From a virus (Duplodnaviria; Caudoviricetes), in IMG/VR virus record IMGVR_UViG_3300012910_000003, positions 1 through 64,000 of that record: DNA of 64,000 bases. One strand, written 5' to 3'. Below are positions 8,667 to 17,874 of the stretch, one piece after another. The notes beneath the pieces were generated by a model. The model saw nothing but the letters and a program-made list of their open reading frames with translations. It searched no databases and had not been told where the DNA came from. Each line of letters opens with the position of its first letter. Positions within the stretch are counted from its first letter, which is position 1. The position numbers were made by a program, and so were the translations under genes.

Positions 8667-8999
8667 ATGAACTTAAGAGATTGGATAATAGTCAGTATTA
8701 TAGGAATATTAGTTATATTCCATATATATAATTATCAACCAAAATCTATTTATAAAGATAAGATAATACTTCAAGAAAATAAGCTTAAACAGGACTCATT
8801 AGAGCTTGTTATAAGACACTTAAATACTTCTATTGATAGTTTATCTATATTAAAGAAAAAAGTTGTTTATAAGCAGAAATTAATAATAAAAAATAATTAT
8901 GAAAAAGATTCTATTATCCTTATTACTCCTGATAGTAACATTATCAAGTTATTCTCAGACTTATCAAACAAACTTAATTCCAAAACAAGAATTAAATAA
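8667..8999 (+). CDS. putative spanin-like inner-membrane coiled-coil protein
   Basis: N-terminal TM plus coiled coil, overlapping the next exported ORF; ATG 5 nt after TATATTTG (8654-8661). Confidence 0.5.
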   Translation: MNLRDWIIVSIIGILVIFHIYNYQPKSIYKDKIILQENKLKQDSLELVIRHLNTSIDSLSILKKKVVYKQKLIIKNNYEKDSIILITPDSNIIKLFSDLSNKLNSKTRIK

Positions 9000-9270
9000 A
9001 AGATGGTCTTTTGATTCAATTCAAGTAAGAGTATTAGCTGTTAAACTAAATGATCTTATATATTGTGATTCTTTATTAACTATTAAAGATTCGATAATTA
9101 CTATTCAAGAACAACAATTAGTTGTTGATAGTCTTATAGTTAGTAAGAAAGATCAACAAATAGAATTGTTAAAAGAACAGATAAACTATCAATATAGTAG
9201 AGAAGTTAAAAGAAGTATATTAGGAGGATTAGTAATTAGTATATTACTAGGATTGTATATTAGTAAGTAA
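8899..9270 (+). CDS. putative spanin partner (signal peptide, coiled coil, C-terminal TM)
   Basis: MKKILLSLLLL signal; 100-bp overlap with upstream gene as in Rz/Rz1 pairs; no lipobox Cys. Confidence 0.45.
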   Translation: MKKILLSLLLLIVTLSSYSQTYQTNLIPKQELNKRWSFDSIQVRVLAVKLNDLIYCDSLLTIKDSIITIQEQQLVVDSLIVSKKDQQIELLKEQINYQYSREVKRSILGGLVISILLGLYISK

Positions 9271-9558
9271 CTAATCAATTATACCTAATTTTCTACTATA
9301 ATCCATATATTTATCAAGTTTCTTTCTTTTTAAAAGAATCATATCTTCATTAATATATTCCTTTATAATACCTAATCTTTTAAGTTCAATCATAATAGCT
9401 AATATATCATTAAACTCATATACAATTCTTTCAGCATTAGTAAGTTCTTGACCTTCTTGAACCTCATTTAAACCAAATGTTAGAGCTTTAGTAGCTCTTT
9501 GTGCTGTCTCTACACATTCTTCTGCTAGTTTTACTAGTAAATACTGTTCTTCAGTCAT
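9271..9558 (-). CDS. MazG-like nucleotide pyrophosphohydrolase (small type)
   Basis: KLAEECxE...KALxFG...EFND motifs. Confidence 0.75.
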   Translation of the reverse strand: MTEEQYLLVKLAEECVETAQRATKALTFGLNEVQEGQELTNAERIVYEFNDILAIMIELKRLGIIKEYINEDMILLKRKKLDKYMDYSRKLGIID

Positions 9559-9561
9559 TAT

Positions 9562-9762
9562 TTATATATCTAAAGGATTATTCTTAAAATATTTTGTAAG
9601 TTCTTCCATTAATACTTCATCATTTAAGTGTTCTTGTAGTAAACTAATAAAGAAGTTTAAGTCATTTACTAAATAACTATTACTAGTTTCATTTAATGTT
9701 TCTTTAAATTCTTCACAAGATTGTTTAATGGATTTTAACTTTTCTATCTGATCATGAGTCAT
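9562..9762 (-). CDS. hypothetical protein
   Basis: Likely start at MTHDQ, overlapping the upstream stop. Confidence 0.45.
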   Translation of the reverse strand: MTHDQIEKLKSIKQSCEEFKETLNETSNSYLVNDLNFFISLLQEHLNDEVLMEELTKYFKNNPLDI

Positions 9763-10117
9763 ATTTATAATCTTTAAAAAACTCTTGAAATAATTCTTCT
9801 GGTGTATACTCTTCACTACTTCCTTTAGGTCTATACATATTATTATCTAATTCTATAGGTTCCCATTTTTCATGTGTAGAATAGTTTTCTCTTAACCAAT
9901 TAGCAAAATCTATAGCTACTTTTGGTGTTATTTCTTTTAAACAAGTATCTACTCCACAAATAAACTCTATAGGTTCATCATATAAGTGTATACTAATTAT
10001 TTTATCTGTTAAATCCATTATTTTGTATTTATTTAATCTTTCCTCTATTTCTTCTTTAGATAACCTCTTTATTTGTTTTCTAAATGATTTTATTGCTTTA
10101 TCAAAAGGAGACTTCAT
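9752..10117 (-). CDS. hypothetical protein
   Basis: AIDFANW...YTxEELF motif common in Bacteroidota phages. Confidence 0.55.
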   Translation of the reverse strand: MKSPFDKAIKSFRKQIKRLSKEEIEERLNKYKIMDLTDKIISIHLYDEPIEFICGVDTCLKEITPKVAIDFANWLRENYSTHEKWEPIELDNNMYRPKGSSEEYTPEELFQEFFKDYKYDS

Positions 10118-10140
10118 AATTATTTTATTATATTTGCTTT

Positions 10141-10548
10141 ATGTTGATCCATTTATCCCACATATTATTTTTAGCTTCTCTCTATAGCTTATTATTTGCC
10201 TTTATAGACATCTATTTTACTAAATGGTATAGAAACCTTACCAAGAGAGATAAGAGGCTTACAATAGTCTTAAAATCAGTATTTGTAGCTATTACAGGTT
10301 ACTCTACTATTATAAGAGAACCTTATCTAATTCCTGTATTAATATTATTACTAAACCTAATGTTTGATTCATTAACAGGTTTATACTTTTATAATAGTAT
10401 TTATGCTGTTGGTAAGAATTCAGTATTAGATTATTTAGGTGATAATATTGATAAAAAATTAGATCAAAGGGCTAAAATATATTGGTTTATAAGATTAGTA
10501 TTGATTGTTGTTGGGATTAGTATTTATTTAATATCAAATACCAAATAA
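10141..10548 (+). CDS. multi-TM membrane protein
   Basis: About four hydrophobic helices; TATATTTG at 10129-10136 directly before the ATG. Confidence 0.6.
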   Translation: MLIHLSHILFLASLYSLLFAFIDIYFTKWYRNLTKRDKRLTIVLKSVFVAITGYSTIIREPYLIPVLILLLNLMFDSLTGLYFYNSIYAVGKNSVLDYLGDNIDKKLDQRAKIYWFIRLVLIVVGISIYLISNTK

Positions 10549-10904
10549 AGTTTTATAAACTCTAAAATATACTCATAAAACTTTTCTTTGTTAGATTCTA
10601 CTAAATAATTATCTATACCTTCCAACATATCTAAGAATTTATGATAAGTTTCTAAACATTGCACATTAGTAATATCTATCTTACTAATCTTTTCATAAGC
10701 TTTATGTAAAAGATTCCAATCTTCTTCAGGATTAAATGTTTTATAAACAAACCTTCCTAATACAAGATCAGTACTTAATTCTACTATCCATCCTATATGG
10801 ATACTAGTTTTAGTATCTGTACAATCTTCCCACTCTTGGATTAACTTAATACCTATAAAATCAGCAAATAATTTTATATCTTTTAATTGTTCTTTAGTTT
10901 TCAT
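10524..10904 (-). CDS. hypothetical protein, paralog of 10894..11283
   Basis: KLFADFIG...DWNxL pattern. Confidence 0.6.
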   Translation of the reverse strand: MKTKEQLKDIKLFADFIGIKLIQEWEDCTDTKTSIHIGWIVELSTDLVLGRFVYKTFNPEEDWNLLHKAYEKISKIDITNVQCLETYHKFLDMLEGIDNYLVESNKEKFYEYILEFIKLYLVFDIK

Positions 10905-11283
10905 TTATTTTAACTGAATTATACCACTTAATTTCTCTTACTAATTTCTCAAAACATTTAGGCAAACCATCAAAACTAATACATTCACTTATTTCTTGAG
11001 TTCCTTCTAAATAATAATCAGTGTCTTCTGAAGTTTTAAAAGTACTTTTTAGTTCTGTATAATTACTATATTTGAACCATACTCTCATAAAATCATTATA
11101 ATCTAAATGATACTTTAAATCTTTATGAGTTCTAGCTAAATAATATCCTTTACCTATTTTTAAATGACCAGTTTCTTTTCTCCAACCTGCATCTTTATTA
11201 GGATGAGGATAATACTTATAGCCTTCAAACTCAGCTAATATCTTATTACCTTCAATTATTTCTTGTTCTGTACTATTCTTCAT
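10894..11283 (-). CDS. hypothetical protein
   Basis: NKILAEF...LKYHxD...IKWYN pattern. Confidence 0.6.
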   Translation of the reverse strand: MKNSTEQEIIEGNKILAEFEGYKYYPHPNKDAGWRKETGHLKIGKGYYLARTHKDLKYHLDYNDFMRVWFKYSNYTELKSTFKTSEDTDYYLEGTQEISECISFDGLPKCFEKLVREIKWYNSVKINEN

Positions 11284-11555
11284 TACTTTATATTATCTAA
11301 ATTATAACTATTTAGTATTGAGTCTTTATTTATTTCAGAAGTATAACCATCAATACTACCTATTAAAGGTTCTATATTTAGTGTAGCTGTCTCACTAGCA
11401 CTTTTTAGAGCTAATTCTACATGATATTTAGCAAATTCTATCATTTGATCTTCTATATCATCTTTATCTAAATCATAAAGACTATATGTTGTATTTTCCA
11501 GATAGATATCTAACCATTGTTCAGCACTTATTATTTTATTATTATCTTCATTCAT
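11283..11555 (-). CDS. hypothetical protein
   Basis: MIEFAKYHVxxALK...SILNSY motif typical of Bacteroidota phages. Confidence 0.6.
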   Translation of the reverse strand: MNEDNNKIISAEQWLDIYLENTTYSLYDLDKDDIEDQMIEFAKYHVELALKSASETATLNIEPLIGSIDGYTSEINKDSILNSYNLDNIK

Positions 11556-11613
11556 TTTATTAAATTTTTATATTTATTTACTAACCCTTTATAGGGGATA
11601 TTATATTAATGTA

Positions 11614-11636
11614 TAAGTTACTATCTTTGTAACTTA
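11614..11636 (+). promoter_or_regulatory. lysis operon promoter box inside a perfect 8-bp inverted repeat
   Basis: TAAGTTAC-TATCTTT-GTAACTTA; TATCTTTG at 11622-11629. Confidence 0.6.
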
Positions 11637-11649
11637 ACGTCTTATAATT

Positions 11650-11847
11650 ATGTTTAAAATAACAACAATTAAGTATACAGCTATATCTTGTATATTATTA
11701 GAGCTTGTAGGTATTATACTACAAACAAAAGATATTAATATTGAACCAGAGTATATATTTTATTACGCTGGATTTGTATTATTATTTTATTCAATTGGTT
11801 TAAGTAAAGTTATTAAAAATGATAAGTCTAATGGAAAAGTCAAATAA
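11650..11847 (+). CDS. small two-TM protein (holin/antiholin candidate)
   Basis: Two hydrophobic segments directly upstream of the endolysin. Confidence 0.45.
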   Translation: MFKITTIKYTAISCILLELVGIILQTKDINIEPEYIFYYAGFVLLFYSIGLSKVIKNDKSNGKVK

Positions 11848-12316
11848 AATAACTAGTATAAATAAAGAAGGATTGGATTTAATTAAGTCTTTTGAAGGAT
11901 TAAAACTTAAACCATATCTTTGCCCTGCGTCAATTCCTTCTATAGGCTATGGGACTACAAGATACCCTAACGGTAATAAAGTATCTCTTAAAGATCCTGA
12001 AATTACTATAGAACAAGCTGAAGAATATTTACTACATGATGTTAAACAGTTTGAATTAGTTGTAGATAATTACTGTAGAGATGATATAAATTCTAACCAA
12101 TTTTCGGCGATTACTTCATGGGTGTATAACTTAGGACAAGGTTCTTTAAAATCATCTACTTTACTTAAAGTACTTAATAATAATCCAAATGACCCACAAA
12201 TTAAAAAAGAAATTATGAAGTGGGTGATGGCTGATAAAAAAGTACTACAAGGTTTAGTAAATAGGCGTAAAGCTGAAGCTGAATTATATTTTAAACCAGT
12301 AAATAACAACAAATAA
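11831..12316 (+). CDS. endolysin, GH24 phage lysozyme
   Basis: LIKSFEG...YLCPA...IGYG, NQFxA...YNLG, GLVNRRKAE. Confidence 0.92.
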   Translation: MEKSNKITSINKEGLDLIKSFEGLKLKPYLCPASIPSIGYGTTRYPNGNKVSLKDPEITIEQAEEYLLHDVKQFELVVDNYCRDDINSNQFSAITSWVYNLGQGSLKSSTLLKVLNNNPNDPQIKKEIMKWVMADKKVLQGLVNRRKAEAELYFKPVNNNK

Positions 12317-12323
12317 CATAATT

Positions 12324-12617
12324 ATGATACAATCAAAACTATTGAAAATACTCCATATAATTAATGATCATCATCACCATTTACATGATGGTAGATCTTT
12401 ATGGATAAAAAGCATACTGATAAGTATAGTAGGTAATTCTTTATGGGAGATTATCTATCCTGATTTAATACACATGCTAATGAGGTTTATAAGCCTTATA
12501 GGAGGAGCTTTTATACTCAGACTTACATTTCTATTACTAGATAAATTCATGCCTTTAAAATCAAAATCTAATCATAATGAGTCCAGCACTTCAGAGAAGA
12601 ATCAACACAAACACTAA
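12324..12617 (+). CDS. putative holin
   Basis: TM segments, lysis cassette context, His-rich N-terminus. Confidence 0.45.
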   Translation: MIQSKLLKILHIINDHHHHLHDGRSLWIKSILISIVGNSLWEIIYPDLIHMLMRFISLIGGAFILRLTFLLLDKFMPLKSKSNHNESSTSEKNQHKH

Positions 12618-12843
12618 AAGAGTAATCTTTATAGCAGGTATATTCTTCTTATTTTTAGGAGGATTAATATACATATTACCAATGATCACTACAGTACATA
12701 AAGATTATACTGATGAATGGTATGTACCAATATTAGTTAGTTCTTTTGGATTAGTATTATTATGGAATCCACAGGTAATAGTAGATAAGTTTACTAATGT
12801 TGTAGATTTAATAAGTAAAAATAAAAGTAACCCTAATAGTTAA
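12577..12843 (+). CDS. putative holin
   Basis: Two TMs and a charged C-terminus, lysis cassette. Confidence 0.5.
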   Translation: MSPALQRRINTNTKRVIFIAGIFFLFLGGLIYILPMITTVHKDYTDEWYVPILVSSFGLVLLWNPQVIVDKFTNVVDLISKNKSNPNS

Positions 12844-12858
12844 TAGGGTTACTTTTTT
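12823..12858. terminator. bidirectional intrinsic terminator
   Basis: AAAAGTAACCCTA/TAGGGTTACTTTT. Confidence 0.8.
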
Positions 12859-12859
12859 A

Positions 12860-13372
12860 TTAAATATTTACTTTTTCAAACACTTTTACTAATCTTTCTT
12901 GATTACTATTAATAGTTTCTTCAGATATAGTATCTTCAGTAACCATAGTACTCATTAATTTAAGAACTGCTGTAAGACCTATAAATTGACCCTCTTTAGT
13001 TTTATATAAACTGTCATATTCCTTCTCATTACCTAAAGAAGTTTCAAATGAATATTCTATTTGAGATAACTCTGTTCCAGTAAACCCATGTTTTTTATAT
13101 AAATTATCTAAGAAGTTTCTAATTTTACTAACTTCTTTTTTAGAAAGAAAATCTTTATAATAATTACAGATACCTAACTCTTCTCTTATATCAGGATGAA
13201 TATCATTAGTTTGATATTGTTCACCATAAGCTGTTTGAAAGTCATAACTCCAAACAGGAGTATTTAAAAGTGAACCTACTGCGCAAGCAGCGCAATCTCC
13301 ATGTTTTAATTTACCTTCATTATAAGCATCTAGAAGTGTATCTACTGCCCAATTATATGTTTCTCTTGTCAT
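12860..13372 (-). CDS. hypothetical protein with CxxC (HGDCAACAVG)
   Basis: Motif reminiscent of a Flavobacteriia protein family. Confidence 0.6.
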   Translation of the reverse strand: MTRETYNWAVDTLLDAYNEGKLKHGDCAACAVGSLLNTPVWSYDFQTAYGEQYQTNDIHPDIREELGICNYYKDFLSKKEVSKIRNFLDNLYKKHGFTGTELSQIEYSFETSLGNEKEYDSLYKTKEGQFIGLTAVLKLMSTMVTEDTISEETINSNQERLVKVFEKVNI

Positions 13373-13385
13373 TATTATTTATTGT

Positions 13386-13766
13386 TTAAATTACACAACC
13401 TATTTTATTATATTCACTTATTATCTCTTCAATAGACTCAGTTTCTTGTTTAACCTTTCTACCAAGTAATTTTATCTCATCTCTACTAAAATAACTTCTT
13501 AATACCAAAGGTTTAAAACTAAACCAAAGCTCTAAGAAATTATGTTTAGAATACATGTGAACTAATCTTAATACTAGAAACTGATCTACTTTAATTATCT
13601 CATTAACATCAGTATTATTATTCTTAGTTATTTCTTTCTTTATAGTATTAAGAATTAAAGCTTTATAATAATACTTAAAGTCATTAACTGATTTATACCT
13701 ATTTAAAAGATAAATACTACCTACAAATATTAATATACAGATTATTACTATTAGATTCTCAATCAT
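13386..13766 (-). CDS. membrane-anchored hypothetical protein
   Basis: N-terminal TM. Confidence 0.55.
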   Translation of the reverse strand: MIENLIVIICILIFVGSIYLLNRYKSVNDFKYYYKALILNTIKKEITKNNNTDVNEIIKVDQFLVLRLVHMYSKHNFLELWFSFKPLVLRSYFSRDEIKLLGRKVKQETESIEEIISEYNKIGCVI

Positions 13767-14002
13767 TATTGTAAAATAGTTAAAATTATAAACTTTAATA
13801 AACTAAATCCTATAATACCTACTACAAAAGCTAAAGTACCATAACTTATATACTTAACTATTCTATTATTTAATTCAGTTCTTTTCATTTTAGCTTCTAC
13901 TCTTTTAAACTCACTAGCTAGTCTCCATCTTTCACATAAAGGGAGTTGTTTGATTCTTTCTAGAAATTTAACATATTCTATTTTAGATTCCATAATATTC
14001 AT
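13766..14002 (-). CDS. hypothetical membrane protein
   Basis: C-terminal TM. Confidence 0.5.
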   Translation of the reverse strand: MNIMESKIEYVKFLERIKQLPLCERWRLASEFKRVEAKMKRTELNNRIVKYISYGTLAFVVGIIGFSLLKFIILTILQ

Positions 14003-14180
14003 TTTTTAAACCTGTAAAGTAATTAAGGACTTCCCATATTGAGTCAAATAATTCGTCATATCTATCTTTAGTTATAGATTTATTACTAAACATTTCCCAA
14101 ATAAAATCAAATTCTTTATTTTGTTCACCTATTCTTTTTAAAATAAAATCAATATCTTTTGTATAATCTGCTGCTCCCAT
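13983..14180 (-). CDS. hypothetical protein
   Basis: ORF track; coupled. Confidence 0.5.
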   Translation of the reverse strand: MGAADYTKDIDFILKRIGEQNKEFDFIWEMFSNKSITKDRYDELFDSIWEVLNYFTGLKNEYYGI

Positions 14181-14185
14181 TCTTA

Positions 14186-14839
14186 TTAACTTATTATTGA
14201 TTGTGGGACATTTCTATCTTTATTTCTAGGTTTCATTTCCCATCTATAGTCTAATTTATAGTTATGAGTATTACCTATAAGATCATATTTATCTTTGCTA
14301 AAACTAATTTTAACAAATGTTCTCATACCTTCTTCAATATTATCAGTATTTACTTTATGTATACAATATTGATTTAATCTTAGTAGAGTATTAACAGGAT
14401 AAGTAGTTTCAAAGTGAGGTAGTGCTTGCTCATTCATTTCTATTAATGATTTATTATGATCATTACTTAGATTAAAGTTGGATTCATTAAATATAGTTGG
14501 GTTTTTATCATACCAAATATAATTAATATCATCAGTACCAAAACCATCAGAATGATAACCTATTCTATTTAAAGGATTATCTTTAGATTGATATCTATGC
14601 TTTACTGTTAGATAGATATATTGTTTGTTATAATTATCTTCCCCAAATTGAGTTATATAATCAGTAATAGCTTTTATTATTAAATCATTGAATAACCACA
14701 ATCTTTCTTCTACATATCCTGTCATACAAGGCTTATTAGCTAATTTAATAGGCATATATTGATAACACATAATCTCATTACACTTAATATCAATAGTATC
14801 TATTACTGTTGGTAATTCACCATATTGTTTATTGATCAT
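14186..14839 (-). CDS. 2OG-Fe(II) oxygenase-like (DSBH) protein
   Basis: GYHSDG (HxD), distal H and RTFVKIS motif. Confidence 0.7.
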   Translation of the reverse strand: MINKQYGELPTVIDTIDIKCNEIMCYQYMPIKLANKPCMTGYVEERLWLFNDLIIKAITDYITQFGEDNYNKQYIYLTVKHRYQSKDNPLNRIGYHSDGFGTDDINYIWYDKNPTIFNESNFNLSNDHNKSLIEMNEQALPHFETTYPVNTLLRLNQYCIHKVNTDNIEEGMRTFVKISFSKDKYDLIGNTHNYKLDYRWEMKPRNKDRNVPQSIIS

Positions 14840-14920
14840 AATCTTCTATTTAAAAAGAAACAACTATAAGTAATTAACCTATAGCTGTTTAAACCTATGT
14901 TCATTTAACCTAAAATCAAA

Positions 14921-15097
14921 TTATTTATTCTTTTTATGGGAATATTTTTGAGATTCTTTATCTAAAGAAGCTTCTTTTCTTCTCTTAATATCTTCTTGAT
15001 GAATAGAGATATTATACTCAAACTGTTCTATTTCTCTTTTATTTAAATAGCTAGTTCTATTTAATTGAATGTTGTTCTTTAATGATGTTTTACTCAT
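14921..15097 (-). CDS. small basic hypothetical protein (58 aa)
   Basis: Manual ORF MSKTSLKNN..., followed by a terminator hairpin. Confidence 0.5.
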   Translation of the reverse strand: MSKTSLKNNIQLNRTSYLNKREIEQFEYNISIHQEDIKRRKEASLDKESQKYSHKKNK

Positions 15098-15101
15098 TGT
15101 T

Positions 15102-15407
15102 TTAGCTTTTTAAATTTAACTTACTTGTACAATTCTTAGTAGTTCTGTAATCTTTTAACTCTCTATCATAAAGTATTAATGCTTGTTTCTGAGTTTTTAT
15201 CTGTTCAGTAAGTTCTTTAATTTCTTTATTTAAGCTATTATTTAGTTTCTCTTGTTGAGTATAAATTGCTCTTAACTCCATTAATTCATTTAGTTTCTTT
15301 TCATAATATTCTACATCAATATCATATACAGTTTTATTCTTTTTAAGAATAGCTAAAGTAATGATATTGGAAACTATTAATAAACTTATTGATATAAATT
15401 CTAACAT
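15102..15407 (-). CDS. TM plus coiled-coil protein
   Basis: ORF track. Confidence 0.55.
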   Translation of the reverse strand: MLEFISISLLIVSNIITLAILKKNKTVYDIDVEYYEKKLNELMELRAIYTQQEKLNNSLNKEIKELTEQIKTQKQALILYDRELKDYRTTKNCTSKLNLKS

Positions 15408-15655
15408 ACTATTAATTTAATTAACCAGCCTATTAACCAAATAATTCCAGATAAAATACCACAACCTATACTTAAAAGTAAAAGAATAACTAGAAAAGTT
15501 TTAATATCTTTCCATAGTTTAGACCAATCTGTTTTAAATGTAAAAGAGTTTTTTAGATTAATGGTTGCACAGATAAACCCACCTAAGCTTATAATACTCA
15601 TTATAACTACTAATCCTACATTAAAATTATTTTCATTACATAAATTACTCATCAT
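15401..15655 (-). CDS. two-TM membrane protein
   Basis: Hydrophobic segments. Confidence 0.55.
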   Translation of the reverse strand: MMSNLCNENNFNVGLVVIMSIISLGGFICATINLKNSFTFKTDWSKLWKDIKTFLVILLLLSIGCGILSGIIWLIGWLIKLIVC

Positions 15656-15863
15656 CTATTGGTTTACAAGTTACTTTACTAGTATCACTTTGTATTCTAG
15701 CTATTTGTAATCTAGCAGAATCTCTACCAGCACAATAACCTTTAGTATATACATGATTATATCCACTTTTTAACCCATTAAATACTACTACTATTAATAT
15801 AATAAATAGTAATGTAGCAATAGAAGTTATATTAATTGATTTACCTACTTCTGTTTGACACAT
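15645..15863 (-). CDS. membrane-anchored hypothetical protein
   Basis: One TM. Confidence 0.5.
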   Translation of the reverse strand: MCQTEVGKSINITSIATLLFIILIVVVFNGLKSGYNHVYTKGYCAGRDSARLQIARIQSDTSKVTCKPIDDE

Positions 15864-15879
15864 AATTTTTATAATTAAA

Positions 15880-15914
15880 AGAAATAGGTTTAGCTAAAAT
15901 AACTAAACCTATTT
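15880..15914 (-). terminator. intrinsic terminator
   Basis: AATAGGTTTAG/CTAAACCTATT with a U-tract on the minus strand. Confidence 0.7.
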
Positions 15915-15944
15915 GACTTACACTTAAAAATACAACCATGTTTA

Positions 15945-16370
15945 TTATTTAAACATCTCTTGAAGTTCTTTGTATTGTTCAAGAACTTTAGTTTGATTTT
16001 CTATCTTAACTTTAAAGTTATTTTGTTTGTCTTTTGCTGCTTTAATAGTTGATTTAGCAGAATTAATATTAGAGATATAAGTATCAAAAGATTTACCTAA
16101 AATAGATAATTTAGCTTTATGTAACTCTTTTTCAGCACTAACAACATCTCTATCTGATCTTTTAAGGTCTTTTTCAGCTACTTTAATCTCATCTTCAAGT
16201 TCTCTAATTTCAGATTCAATAGCAAAGCTAAAATCTTCAATTTGATCATCAACTTGTTCTATTTGTTTTTGTTCAGGTGATTTAGTTATTTCACTAAGTA
16301 CTTGATCTCTAAAAGATTGACTAGGAGCTGTTACTTGATTTACTTTTGTTACTTTCTTTGGTGTTGCCAT
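15945..16370 (-). CDS. coiled-coil protein
   Basis: Heptad-rich helical sequence. Confidence 0.65.
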   Translation of the reverse strand: MATPKKVTKVNQVTAPSQSFRDQVLSEITKSPEQKQIEQVDDQIEDFSFAIESEIRELEDEIKVAEKDLKRSDRDVVSAEKELHKAKLSILGKSFDTYISNINSAKSTIKAAKDKQNNFKVKIENQTKVLEQYKELQEMFK

Positions 16371-16374
16371 AATT

Positions 16375-17823
16375 TTACTTTTTATTGTTTTTATTTATTT
16401 TACTTTTTACTGTTAATACTACTAATTCTTCTGGTACAATAGAACTTAAATCTTCAAATAATTGAAGTTTAGTTCTTTTTGGTTTATGAGAAGTTAAAGC
16501 TGAATAAGTATTTTCCCTTATTTGATTATACTTTTCTTCTTGTAAAGGTTTTAATTTATCTACAACAGATAATGATTCTTCAACTATTTCAGCAAATACT
16601 CCATTATACCATAAAATACCTGAAGTATTACATTCTGCAATAGCTTCTTTATCTTTATAAATACCCTTTTTATACTCAACAAAGTTGTCACCTTTAATTA
16701 TATGAATTTGTCCAAAATCACCATCAGGAGATGTTTTGTTCACACCATAAAACTTAGTACCAATAAGGTATCTCTTTTTACATTCTATTAAAGCTTCTTC
16801 AAAAGTAAGTTTATTGTTAATCTTCTCTTCAGGAAAATATTTAAGAACTTCTTGAGGGTCTGCGGGTAATAATTCTTCTATATTATCTACACTACATAAA
16901 CCTTGAGGATTATTACCACATTTACTACCAAGATTATAGTTATAATATTGTCCTTTATATAATATAGATTTATTTTTTATTTCTTTAAACTTAACAAGAG
17001 CTTTGAATTCTGAATTAGAAGTAGTTGTAAGTATATACCATTCACCTTCAACTAATTCTTCTGGTTTAAGATATTCTGATTTAGATTCAACAACTAGTTC
17101 TAAAACATGTTTTGGAAAGTTTAATTCTGATTTATGATTTAATAAAAATCCTTTATTTTCATTATCTTCTTCTATAATAAAGACTTTACCAATAGCATCA
17201 TTCATTGATGCCATCCAAGTATTATTCCAACCTTCTTCATCTCTTTCAGCTCTTCTAAGTACTTTTACTTTATCACCTACTTTTAAAGATTGTTTAATTG
17301 GTAATCTATCTATATGATTTTCAGGAAGATACTGTTGAATTTCTGAAATATCAATTAAAGTAAAAGCATAGTAACCCTCATCACCAAAAGAACCTTCTGT
17401 AGTTTTACAAAAAGTTAAATTATCTTTAATATAATCTGTAGATCTGTGTTTACCATCTATAAACCCTTTATATTTTATATACCAAGGTTTATTTAAGATT
17501 CCTCTACCTGAAGTTACTTTATACCATTTACCAACTATAAACTCTGGTTTAACTGGTTTATCAACATATTTATTAGCCTTTTCACAGGCTTCTAACCACT
17601 CAATTTCATCTTGAGTAGCTTCTCTTATGTTTTGTAGAGCTTTTTCTGTATTAAAACATCCATCTAGAATAAAAGATTTAGTATCTACATTAATAAAACT
17701 AATGTAATAACATATATTTAATCTTTCATTTCTATTAGCTTTAAATATAATTAACCCATTATTACTTGAACTAATACTAATATAAATCTTACCTTCTATT
17801 AAATCTTTTACATTTAAACCCAT
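16375..17823 (-). CDS. multi-module protein of tandem SH3/KOW-like domains
   Basis: Repeated module starts LIEGKIY, FIVGKWY, LKVGDKVKV, LVEGEWY, KKRYLIGTKF. Confidence 0.6.
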   Translation of the reverse strand: MGLNVKDLIEGKIYISISSSNNGLIIFKANRNERLNICYYISFINVDTKSFILDGCFNTEKALQNIREATQDEIEWLEACEKANKYVDKPVKPEFIVGKWYKVTSGRGILNKPWYIKYKGFIDGKHRSTDYIKDNLTFCKTTEGSFGDEGYYAFTLIDISEIQQYLPENHIDRLPIKQSLKVGDKVKVLRRAERDEEGWNNTWMASMNDAIGKVFIIEEDNENKGFLLNHKSELNFPKHVLELVVESKSEYLKPEELVEGEWYILTTTSNSEFKALVKFKEIKNKSILYKGQYYNYNLGSKCGNNPQGLCSVDNIEELLPADPQEVLKYFPEEKINNKLTFEEALIECKKRYLIGTKFYGVNKTSPDGDFGQIHIIKGDNFVEYKKGIYKDKEAIAECNTSGILWYNGVFAEIVEESLSVVDKLKPLQEEKYNQIRENTYSALTSHKPKRTKLQLFEDLSSIVPEELVVLTVKSKINKNNKK

Positions 17824-17834
17824 ATAATCATTAA

Positions 17835-17870
17835 AATTAAAGACTATCTACAATTAAGTAGATAGTCTAT
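17835..17870 (-). terminator. intrinsic terminator
   Basis: AGACTATCTAC/GTAGATAGTCT. Confidence 0.7.
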
Positions 17871-17874
17871 TCTG

